A stretch of DNA of 64,000 nt from Auanema rhodensis (lineage: Eukaryota > Animalia > Nematoda). This document shows positions 1 through 11,600 of the stretch, one piece after another. A program made the translations under genes and the position numbers. The number at the start of each line of letters is the position of its first letter. Position 1 is the stretch's first letter. The stretch is taken from the NCBI GenBank assembly GCA_964057225.1, contig OZ059899.1, positions 496,001 through 560,000 of the forward strand, in the 5' to 3' direction. The notes beneath the pieces are model-generated. The model saw only the letters and a program-made list of their open reading frames with translations. It did no database searches and was not told the DNA's origin.

Positions 1-268
1 AGACTAATATGGACATGGGGAATCTAATTTTGAAAACCGCATCTCTTTATCTTTCACGTGAAGCGAGTTACATACCAAGAGCACATCACGTGTACATTTA
101 ATTAGCATAAATTGAAGTTCACGTAAATTTCAAAGTCATGGTTACCATGCACCAATATCAATAAAAATTTGTTTTTAGACTAATATGGACATGGGGAATC
201 TAATTCTGAAAACCGCATCTCTTTATCTTTCACGTGAAGCGAGTTACATACCAAGTGCACATCACGTG

Positions 269-466
269 AACCTTATAACCTGTGATTCGAACTTATAACC
301 TGTGATTCGAACTATAACCTGTGATTCGAACCTATAACCTGTGATTCGAACGTATAACCTGTGATTCGAACGTATAACCTGTGATTCGAACTTATAACCT
401 GTGATTCGAACTTATAACCTGTGATTCGAACTTATAACCTGTGATTCGAACAATGAACCCGTTCAA
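269..466 (+). repeat. 198-bp minisatellite insertion, copy 1 (9 units of about 20 bp, AACNTATAACCTGTGATTCG, plus an 18-bp tail)
   Basis: Flanked by a direct ACGTG duplication (264-268, 467-471); the monomer is lengthened by 203 bp. Tail AACAATGAACCCGTTCAA. Confidence 0.95.
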
Positions 467-1703
467 ACGTGTACATTTAATTAGCATAAATTAAAGTTCA
501 CGTAAATTTCAAAGTCATGGTTACCATGCACCAATATCAATAAAAATTTGTTTTTAGACTAATATGGACATGGGGAATCTAATTTTGAAAACCGCATCTC
601 TTCATCTTTCACGTGAAGCGAGTTACATACCAAGTGCACATCACGTGTACATTTAATTAGCATAAATTAAAGTTCACGTAAATTTCAAAGTCATGGTTAC
701 CATGCACCAATATCAATAAAAATTTGTTTTTAGACTAATATGGACATGGGGAATCTAATTTTGGAAACCGCATCTCTTTATCTTTCACGTGAAGCGAGTT
801 ACATACCAAGAGCACATCACGTGTACATTTAATTAGCATAAATTGAAGTTCACGTAAATTTCAAAGTCATGGTTACCATGAACCAATATCAATAAAAATA
901 TGTTTTTAGACTAATATGGACATGGGGAATCTAATTTTGAAAACCGCATCTCTTTATCTTTCACGTGAAGCGAGTTACATACCAAGGGCACATCACGTGT
1001 ACATTTAATTAGCATAAATTAAAGTTCACGTAAATTTCAAAGTCATGGTTACCATGCACCAATATCAATAAAAATTTGTTTTTAGACTAATATGGACATG
1101 GGGAATCTAATTTTGAAAACCGCATCTCTTTATCTTTCACGTGAAGCGAGTTACATACCAAGTGCACATCACGTGTACATTTAATTAGCATAAATTAAAG
1201 TTCACGTAAATTTCAAAGTCATGGTTACCATGAACCAATATCAATAAAAATTTGTTTTTAGACTAATATGGACATGGGGAATCTAATTTTGAAAACCGCA
1301 TCTCTTTATCGTTCACGTGAAGCGAGTTACATACCAAGTGCACATCACGTGTACATTTAATTAGCATAAATTAAAGTTCACGTAAATTTCAAAGTCATGG
1401 TTACCATGCACCAATATCAATAAAAATTTGTTTTTAGACTAATATGGACATGGGGAATCTAATTTTGAAAACCGCATCTCTTTATCTTTCACGTGAAGCG
1501 AGTTACATACCAAGAGCACATCACGTGTACATTTAATTAGCATAAATTGAAGTTCACGTAAATTTCAAAGTCATGGTTACCATGCACCAATATCAATAAA
1601 AATTTGTTTTTAGACTAATATGGACATGGGGAATCTAATTCTGAAAACCGCATCTCTTTATCTTTCACGTGAAGCGAGTTACATACCAAGTGCACATCAC
1701 GTG

Positions 1704-1901
1704 AACCTTATAACCTGTGATTCGAACTTATAACCTGTGATTCGAACTATAACCTGTGATTCGAACCTATAACCTGTGATTCGAACGTATAACCTGTGAT
1801 TCGAACGTATAACCTGTGATTCGAACTTATAACCTGTGATTCGAACTTATAACCTGTGATTCGAACTTATAACCTGTGATTCGAACAATGAACCCGTTCA
1901 A
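1704..1901 (+). repeat. 198-bp minisatellite insertion, copy 2
   Basis: Same sequence and site as copy 1; 1435 bp downstream (7x176+203). Confidence 0.95.
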
Positions 1902-4018
1902 ACGTGTACATTTAATTAGCATAAATTAAAGTTCACGTAAATTTCAAAGTCATGGTTACCATGCACCAATATCAATAAAAATTTGTTTTTAGACTAATAT
2001 GGACATGGGGAATCTAATTTTGAAAACCGCATCTCTTCATCTTTCACGTGAAGCGAGTTACATACCAAGTGCACATCACGTGTACATTTAATTAGCATAA
2101 ATTAAAGTTCACGTAAATTTCAAAGTCATGGTTACCATGCACCAATATCAATAAAAATTTGTTTTTAGACTAATATGGACATGGGGAATCTAATTTTGGA
2201 AACCGCATCTCTTTATCTTTCACGTGAAGCGAGTTACATACCAAGGGCACATCACGTGTACATTTAATTAGCATAAATTAAAGTTCACGTAAATTTCAAA
2301 GTCATGGTTACCATGCACCAATATCAATAAAAATTTGTTTTTAGACTAATATGGACATGGGGAATCTAATTTTGAAAACCGCATCTCTTTATCTTTCACG
2401 TGAAGCGAGTTACATACCAAGTGCACATCACGTGTACATTTAATTGGCATAAATTAAAGTTCACGTAAATTTCAAAGTCATGGTTACCATGAACCAATAT
2501 CAATAAAAATTTGTTTTTAGACTAATATGGACATGGGGAATCTAATTTTGAAAACCGCATCTCTTTATCGTTCACGTGAAGCGAGTTACATACCAAGTGC
2601 ACATCACGTGTACATTTAATTAGCATAAATTAAAGTTCACGTAAATTTCAAAGTCATGGTTACCATGCACCAATATCAATAAAAATTTGTTTTTAGACTA
2701 ATATGGACATGGGGAATCTAATTTTGGAAACCGCATCTCTTTATCTTTCACGTGAAGCGAGTTACATACCAAGAGCACATCACGTGTACATTTAATTAGC
2801 ATAAATTGAAGTTCACGTAAATTTCAAAGTCATGGTTACCATGAACCAATATCAATAAAAATATGTTTTTAGACTAATATGGACATGGGGAATCTAATTT
2901 TGAAAACCGCATCTCTTTATCTTTCACGTGAAGCGAGTTACATACCAAGTGCACATCACGTGTACATTTAATTAGCATAAATTAAAGTTCACGTAAATTT
3001 CAAAGTCATGGTTACCATGCACCAATATCAATAAAAATTTGTTTTTAGACTAATATGGACATGGGGAATCTAATTTTGAAAACCGCATCTCTTCATCTTT
3101 CACGTGAAGCGAGTTACATACCAAGTGCACATCACGTGTACATTTAATTAGCATAAATTAAAGTTCACGTAAATTTCAAAGTCATGGTTACCATGCACCA
3201 ATATCAATAAAAATTTGTTTTTAGACTAATATGGACATGGGGAATCTAATTTTGGAAACCGCATCTCTTTATCTTTCACGTGAAGCGAGTTACATACCAA
3301 GAGCACATCACGTGTACATTTAATTAGCATAAATTGAAGTTCACGTAAATTTCAAAGTCATGGTTACCATGAACCAATATCAATAAAAATATGTTTTTAG
3401 ACTAATATGGACATGGGGAATCTAATTTTGAAAACCGCATCTCTTTATCTTTCACGTGAAGCGAGTTACATACCAAGGGCACATCACGTGTACATTTAAT
3501 TAGCATAAATTAAAGTTCACGTAAATTTCAAAGTCATGGTTACCATGAACCAATATCAATAAAAATTTGTTTTTAGACTAATATGGACATGGGGAATCTA
3601 ATTTTGAAAACCGCATCTCTTTATCGTTCACGTGAAGCGAGTTACATACCAAGTGCACATCACGTGTACATTTAATTAGCATAAATTAAAGTTCACGTAA
3701 ATTTCAAAGTCATGGTTACCATGCACCAATATCAATAAAAATTTGTTTTTAGACTAATATGGACATGGGGAATCTAATTTTGAAAACCGCATCTCTTTAT
3801 CTTTCACGTGAAGCGAGTTACATACCAAGAGCACATCACGTGTACATTTAATTAGCATAAATTGAAGTTCACGTAAATTTCAAAGTCATGGTTACCATGC
3901 ACCAATATCAATAAAAATTTGTTTTTAGACTAATATGGACATGGGGAATCTAATTCTGAAAACCGCATCTCTTTATCTTTCACGTGAAGCGAGTTACATA
4001 CCAAGTGCACATCACGTG

Positions 4019-4216
4019 AACCTTATAACCTGTGATTCGAACTTATAACCTGTGATTCGAACTATAACCTGTGATTCGAACCTATAACCTGTGATTCGAA
4101 CGTATAACCTGTGATTCGAACGTATAACCTGTGATTCGAACTTATAACCTGTGATTCGAACTTATAACCTGTGATTCGAACTTATAACCTGTGATTCGAA
4201 CAATGAACCCGTTCAA
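4019..4216 (+). repeat. 198-bp minisatellite insertion, copy 3
   Basis: Same sequence and site, AATGAA tail allele. Confidence 0.95.
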
Positions 4217-7200
4217 ACGTGTACATTTAATTAGCATAAATTAAAGTTCACGTAAATTTCAAAGTCATGGTTACCATGCACCAATATCAATAAAAATTTG
4301 TTTTTAGACTAATATGGACATGGGGAATCTAATTTTGAAAACCGCATCTCTTCATCTTTCACGTGAAGCGAGTTACATACCAAGTGCACATCACGTGTAC
4401 ATTTAATTAGCATAAATTAAAGTTCACGTAAATTTCAAAGTCATGGTTACCATGAACCAATATCAATAAAAATATGTTTTTAGACTAATATGGACATGGG
4501 GAATCTAATTTTGAAAACCGCATCTCTTTATCTTTCACGTGAAGCGAGTTACATACCAAGTGCACATCACGTGTACATTTAATTAGCATAAATTAAAGTT
4601 CACGTAAATTTCAAAGTCATGGTTACCATGCACCAATATCAATAAAAATTTGTTTTTAGACTAATATGGACATGGGGAATCTAATTTTGAAAACCGCATC
4701 TCTTCATCTTTCACGTGAAGCGAGTTACATACCAAGTGCACATCACGTGTACATTTAATTAGCATAAATTAAAGTTCACGTAAATTTCAAAGTCATGGTT
4801 ACCATGCACCAATATCAATAAAAATTTGTTTTTAGACTAATATGGACATGGGGAATCTAATTTTGGAAACCGCATCTCTTTATCTTTCACGTGAAGCGAG
4901 TTACATACCAAGAGCACATCACGTGTACATTTAATTAGCATAAATTGAAGTTCACGTAAATTTCAAAGTCATGGTTACCATGAACCAATATCAATAAAAA
5001 TATGTTTTTAGACTAATATGGACATGGGGAATCTAATTTTGAAAACCGCATCTCTTTATCTTTCACGTGAAGCGAGTTACATACCAAGGGCACATCACGT
5101 GTACATTTAATTAGCATAAATTAAAGTTCACGTAAATTTCAAAGTCATGGTTACCATGCACCAATATCAATAAAAATTTGTTTTTAGACTAATATGGACA
5201 TGGGGAATCTAATTTTGAAAACCGCATCTCTTTATCTTTCACGTGAAGCGAGTTACATACCAAGTGCACATCACGTGTACATTTAATTAGCATAAATTAA
5301 AGTTCACGTAAATTTCAAAGTCATGGTTACCATGAACCAATATCAATAAAAATTTGTTTTTAGACTAATATGGACATGGGGAATCTAATTTTGAAAACCG
5401 CATCTCTTTATCGTTCACGTGAAGCGAGTTACATACCAAGTGCACATCACGTGTACATTTAATTAGCATAAATTAAAGTTCACGTAAATTTCAAAGTCAT
5501 GGTTACCATGCACCAATATCAATAAAAATTTGTTTTTAGACTAATATGGACATGGGGAATCTAATTTTGAAAACCGCATCTCTTCATCTTTCACGTGAAG
5601 CGAGTTACATACCAAGTGCACATCACGTGTACATTTAATTAGCATAAATTAAAGTTCACGTAAATTTCAAAGTCATGGTTACCATGCACCAATATCAATA
5701 AAAATTTGTTTTTAGACTAATATGGACATGGGGAATCTAATTTTGGAAACCGCATCTCTTTATCTTTCACGTGAAGCGAGTTACATACCAAGAGCACATC
5801 ACGTGTACATTTAATTAGCATAAATTGAAGTTCACGTAAATTTCAAAGTCATGGTTACCATGAACCAATATCAATAAAAATATGTTTTTAGACTAATATG
5901 GACATGGGGAATCTAATTTTGAAAACCGCATCTCTTTATCTTTCACGTGAAGCGAGTTACATACCAAGTGCACATCACGTGTACATTTAATTAGCATAAA
6001 TTAAAGTTCACGTAAATTTCAAAGTCATGGTTACCATGCACCAATATCAATAAAAATTTGTTTTTAGACTAATATGGACATGGGGAATCTAATTTTGAAA
6101 ACCGCATCTCTTCATCTTTCACGTGAAGCGAGTTACATACCAAGTGCACATCACGTGTACATTTAATTAGCATAAATTAAAGTTCACGTAAATTTCAAAG
6201 TCATGGTTACCATGCACCAATATCAATAAAAATTTGTTTTTAGACTAATATGGACATGGGGAATCTAATTTTGGAAACCGCATCTCTTTATCTTTCACGT
6301 GAAGCGAGTTACATACCAAGAGCACATCACGTGTACATTTAATTAGCATAAATTGAAGTTCACGTAAATTTCAAAGTCATGGTTACCATGAACCAATATC
6401 AATAAAAATATGTTTTTAGACTAATATGGACATGGGGAATCTAATTTTGAAAACCGCATCTCTTTATCTTTCACGTGAAGCGAGTTACATACCAAGGGCA
6501 CATCACGTGTACATTTAATTAGCATAAATTAAAGTTCACGTAAATTTCAAAGTCATGGTTACCATGCACCAATATCAATAAAAATTTGTTTTTAGACTAA
6601 TATGGACATGGGGAATCTAATTTTGAAAACCGCATCTCTTTATCTTTCACGTGAAGCGAGTTACATACCAAGTGCACATCACGTGTACATTTAATTAGCA
6701 TAAATTAAAGTTCACGTAAATTTCAAAGTCATGGTTACCATGAACCAATATCAATAAAAATTTGTTTTTAGACTAATATGGACATGGGGAATCTAATTTT
6801 GAAAACCGCATCTCTTTATCGTTCACGTGAAGCGAGTTACATACCAAGTGCACATCACGTGTACATTTAATTAGCATAAATTAAAGTTCACGTAAATTTC
6901 AAAGTCATGGTTACCATGCACCAATATCAATAAAAATTTGTTTTTAGACTAATATGGACATGGGGAATCTAATTTTGAAAACCGCATCTCTTCATCTTTC
7001 ACGTGAAGCGAGTTACATACCAAGTGCACATCACGTGTACATTTAATTAGCATAAATTAAAGTTCACGTAAATTTCAAAGTCATGGTTACCATGCACCAA
7101 TATCAATAAAAATTTGTTTTTAGACTAATATGGACATGGGGAATCTAATTTTGGAAACCGCATCTCTTTATCTTTCACGTGAAGCGAGTTACATACCAAG

Positions 7201-8445
7201 AGCACATCACGTGTACATTTAATTAGCATAAATTGAAGTTCACGTAAATTTCAAAGTCATGGTTACCATGAACCAATATCAATAAAAATATGTTTTTAGA
7301 CTAATATGGACATGGGGAATCTAATTTTGAAAACCGCATCTCTTTATCTTTCACGTGAAGCGAGTTACATACCAAGGGCACATCACGTGTACATTTAATT
7401 AGCATAAATTAAAGTTCACGTAAATTTCAAAGTCATGGTTACCATGCACCAATATCAATAAAAATTTGTTTTTAGACTAATATGGACATGGGGAATCTAA
7501 TTTTGAAAACCGCATCTCTTTATCTTTCACGTGAAGCGAGTTACATACCAAGTGCACATCACGTGTACATTTAATTAGCATAAATTAAAGTTCACGTAAA
7601 TTTCAAAGTCATGGTTACCATGAACCAATATCAATAAAAATTTGTTTTGAGACTAATATGGACATGGGGAATCTAATTTTGAAAACCGCATCTCTTTATC
7701 GTTCACGTGAAGCGAGTTACATACCAAGAGCACATCACGTGTACATTTAATTAGCATAAATTGAAGTTCACGTAAATTTCAAAGTCATGGTTACCATGAA
7801 CCAATATCAATAAAAATATGTTTTTAGACTAATATGGACATGGGGAATCTAATTTTGAAAACCGCATCTCTTTATCTTTCACGTGAAGCGAGTTACATAC
7901 CAAGTGCACATCACGTGTACATTTAATTAGCATAAATTAAAGTTCACGTAAATTTCAAAGTCATGGTTACCATGCACCAATATCAATAAAAATTTGTTTT
8001 TAGACTAATATGGACATGGGGAATCTAATTTTGAAAACCGCATCTCTTTATCTTTCACGTGAAGCGAGTTACATACCAAGTGCACATCACGTGTACATTT
8101 AATTAGCATAAATTGAAGTTCACGTAAATTTCAAAGTCATGGTTACCATGAACCAATATCAATAAAAATTTGTTTTTAGACTAATATGGACATGGGGAAT
8201 CTAATTTTGAAAACCGCATCTCTTTATCTTTCACGTGAAGCGAGTTACATACCAAGTACACATCACGTGTACATTTAATTAGCATAAATTAAAGTTCACG
8301 TAAATTTCAAAATCATGGTTACCATGCACCAATATCAATAAAAATTTGTTTTTAGACTAATATGGACATGGGGAATCTAATTTTGAAAACCGCATCTCTT
8401 TATCTTTCACGTGAAGCGAGTTACATACCAAGTGCACATCACGTG

Positions 8446-8643
8446 AACCTTATAACCTGTGATTCGAACTTATAACCTGTGATTCGAACTATAACCTGTG
8501 ATTTGAACCTATAACCTGTGATTCGAACGTATAACCTGTGATTCGAACGTATAACCTGTGATTCGAACTTATAACCTGTGATTCGAACTTATAACCTGTG
8601 ATTCGAACTTATAACCTGTGATTCGAACAATAAACCCGTTCAA
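8446..8643 (+). repeat. 198-bp minisatellite insertion, copy 4
   Basis: Same site; AATAAA tail allele; one unit reads ATTTGAAC. Confidence 0.95.
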
Positions 8644-11600
8644 ACGTGTACATTTAATTAGCATAAATTAAAGTTCACGTAAATTTCAAAGTCATGGTTA
8701 CCATGCACCAATATCAATAAAAATTTGTTTTTAGACTAATATGGACATGGGGAATCTAATTTTGAAAACCGCATCTCTTCATCTTTCACGTGAAGCGAGT
8801 TACATACCAAGTGCACATCACGTGTACATTTAATTAGCATAAATTAAAGTTCACGTAAATTTCAAAGTCATGGTTACCATGCACCAATATCAATAAAAAT
8901 TTGTTTTTAGACTAATATGGACATAGGGAATCTAATTTTGAAAACCGCATCTCTTCATCTTTCACGTGAAGCGAGTTACATACCAAGTGCACATCACGTG
9001 TACATTTAATTAGCATAAATTAAAGTTCACGTAAATTCCAAAGTCATGGTTACCATGCACCAATATCAATAAAAATTTGTTTTTAGACTAATATGGACAT
9101 GGGGAATCTAATTTTGAAAACCGCATCTCTTCATCTTTCACGTAAAGCGAGTTACATACCAAGTGCACATCACGTGTACATTTAATTAGCATAAATTAAA
9201 GTTCACGTAAATTTCAAAGTCATGGTTACCATGCACCAATATCAATAAAAATTTGTTTTTAGACTAATATGGACATGGGGAATCTAATTTTGGAAACCGC
9301 ATCTCTTTATCTTTCACGTGAAGCGAGTTACATACCAAGAGCACATCACGTGTACATTTAATTAGCATAAATTAAAGTTCACGTAAATTTCAAAGTCATG
9401 GTTACCATGCACCAATATCAATAAAAATTTGTTTTTAGACTAATATGGACATGGGGAATCTAATTTTGGAAACCGCATCTCTTTATCTTTCACGTGAAGC
9501 GAGTTACATACCAAGTGCACATCACGTGTACATTTAATTAGCATAAATTAAAGTTCACGTAAATTTCAAAGTCATGGTTACCATGCACCAATATCAATAA
9601 AAATTTGTTTTTAGACTAATATGGACATGGGGAATCTAATTTTGAAAACCGCATCTCTTTATCTTTCACGTGAAGCGAGTTACATACCAAGTGCACATCA
9701 CGTGTACATTTAATTAGCATAAATTAAAGTTCACGTAAATTTCAAAGTCATGGTTACCATGCAGCAATATCAATAAAAATTTGTTTTTAGACTAATATGG
9801 ACATGGGGAATCTAATTTTGAAAACCGCATCTCTTTATCTTTCACGTGAAGCGAGTTACATACCAAGTGCACATCACGTGTACATTTAATTAGCATAAAT
9901 TAAAGTTCACGTAAATTTCAAAGTCATGGTTACCATGCACCAGTATCAATAAAAATTTGTTTTTAGACTAATATGGACATGGGGAATCTAATTTTGAAAA
10001 CCGCATCTCTTTATCTTTCACGTGAAGCGAGTTACATACCAAGTGCACATCACGTGTACATTTAATTAGCATAAATTAAAGTTCACGTAAATTTCAAAGT
10101 CATGGTTACCATGCACCAGTATCAATAAAAATTTGTTTTTAGACTAATATGGACATGGGGAATCTAATTTTGAAAACCGCATCTCTTTATCTTTCACGTG
10201 AAGCGAGTTACATACCAAGTGCACATCACGTGTACATTTAATTAGCATAAATTAAAGTTCACGTAAATTTCAAAGTCATGGTTACCATGAACCAATATCA
10301 ATAAAAATTTGTTTTTAGACTAATATGGACATGGGGAATCTAATTTTGAGAACCGCATCTCTTTATCTTTCACGTGAAGCGAGTTACATACCAAGTGCAC
10401 ATCACGTGTACATTTAATTAGCATAAATTAAAGTTCACGTAAATTTCAAAGTCATGGTTACCATGCACCAATATCAATAAAAATTTGTTTTTAGACTAAT
10501 ATGGACATGGGGAATCTAATTTTGAAAACCGCATCTCTTTATCATTCACGTGAAGCGAGTAACATACCAAGTGCACATCACGTGTACATTTAATTAGCAT
10601 AAATTAAAGTTCACGTAAATTTCAAAGTCATGGTTACCATGCACCAATATCAATGAAAATTTGTTTTTAGACTAATATGGACATGGGGAATCTAATTTTG
10701 AAAACCGCATCTCTTTATCTTTCACGTGAAGCGAGTTACATACCAAGTGCACATCACGTGTACATTTAATTAGCATAAATTAAAGTTCACGTAAATTTCA
10801 AAGTCATGGTTACCATGCACCAATATCAATAAAAATTTGTTTTTAGACTAATATGGACATGGGGAATCTAATTTTGAAAACCGCATCTCTTCATCTTTCA
10901 CGTGAAGCGAGTTACATACCAAGTGCACATCACGTGTACATTTAATTAGCATAAATTAAAGTTCACGTAAATTTCAAAGTCATGGTTACCATGCACCAAT
11001 ATCAATGAAAATTTGTTTTTAGAATAATATGGACATGGGGAATCTAATTTTGAAAACCGCATCTCTTTATCTTTCACGTGAAGCGAGTTACATACCAAGT
11101 GCACATCACGTGTACATTTAATTAGCATAAATTAAAGTTCACGTAAATTTCAAAGTCATGGTTACCATGAACCAATATCAATAAAAATTTGTTTTTAGAC
11201 TGATATGGACATGGGGAATCTAATTTTGAAAACCGCATCTCTTTATCTTTCACGTGAAGCGAGTTACATACCAAGTGCACATCACGTGTACATTTAATTA
11301 GCATAAATTAAAGTTCACGTAAATTTCAAAGTCATGGTTACCATGCACCAATATCAATAAAAATTTGTTCTGAGACTAATATGGACATGGGGAATCTAAT
11401 TTTGAAAACCGCATCTCTTTATCTTTCACGTGAAGCGAGTTACATACCAAGTGCACATCACGTGTACATTTAATTAGCATAAATTAAAGTTCACGTAAAT
11501 TTCAAAGTCATGGTTACCATGAAGCAATATCAATAAAAATTTGTTTTTAGACTAATATGGACATGGGTAATCTAATTTTGAAAACCGCATCTCTTTATCT

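Larger units (their letters stand above)
1..7900 (+). repeat. Higher-order repeat domain (7-mer of 1435 bp and derived 5-mer of 880 bp)
   Basis: Variant monomers recur in order: TTCTG+insertion, CTTCAT, TTGGAAA/AGAGC/TTGAAG/ATATG, AGGGC, consensus, ATCGTT. For example, AGGGC at about 6496 and 7376 (880 bp apart). Boundaries are approximate. Confidence 0.8.

Noticed and set aside
160-165. AATAAA poly(A) signal in every monomer
   Set aside because: Expected by chance in 68% AT sequence, with no transcript context.
1-176. Assignment to a named satellite of similar size (alpha satellite, Arabidopsis CEN178, Brassica CentBr, honeybee AluI)
   Set aside because: Only the length is similar. I recognise no diagnostic sequence (no CENP-B box, and no AAGCTT or AGCT site in the consensus). 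A database search is needed.
85-176. Budding-yeast point centromere (CDEI-like ATCACGTG followed by AT-rich DNA)
   Set aside because: There is no CDEIII CCGAA element, the downstream DNA is not AT-rich enough for CDEII, and the context is a large tandem array.
269-448. CRISPR-like array of 20-bp repeats
   Set aside because: The units are head-to-tail with no unique spacers, and there are no cas genes.
269-466. Calling the cassette a MITE, Helitron or other mobile element
   Set aside because: It has only about 5-bp inverted similarity that overlaps the duplication, no TC/CTRR ends, and every copy sits at the same site. There is no evidence of independent transposition in this window.
10946-11304. 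Two 60-aa minus-strand ORFs
   Set aside because: Each is a single satellite monomer in which a point variant (AGAATAAT, AGACTGAT) removes the TAG stop present in the other copies. There is no recognisable protein, and 176 is not a multiple of 3.
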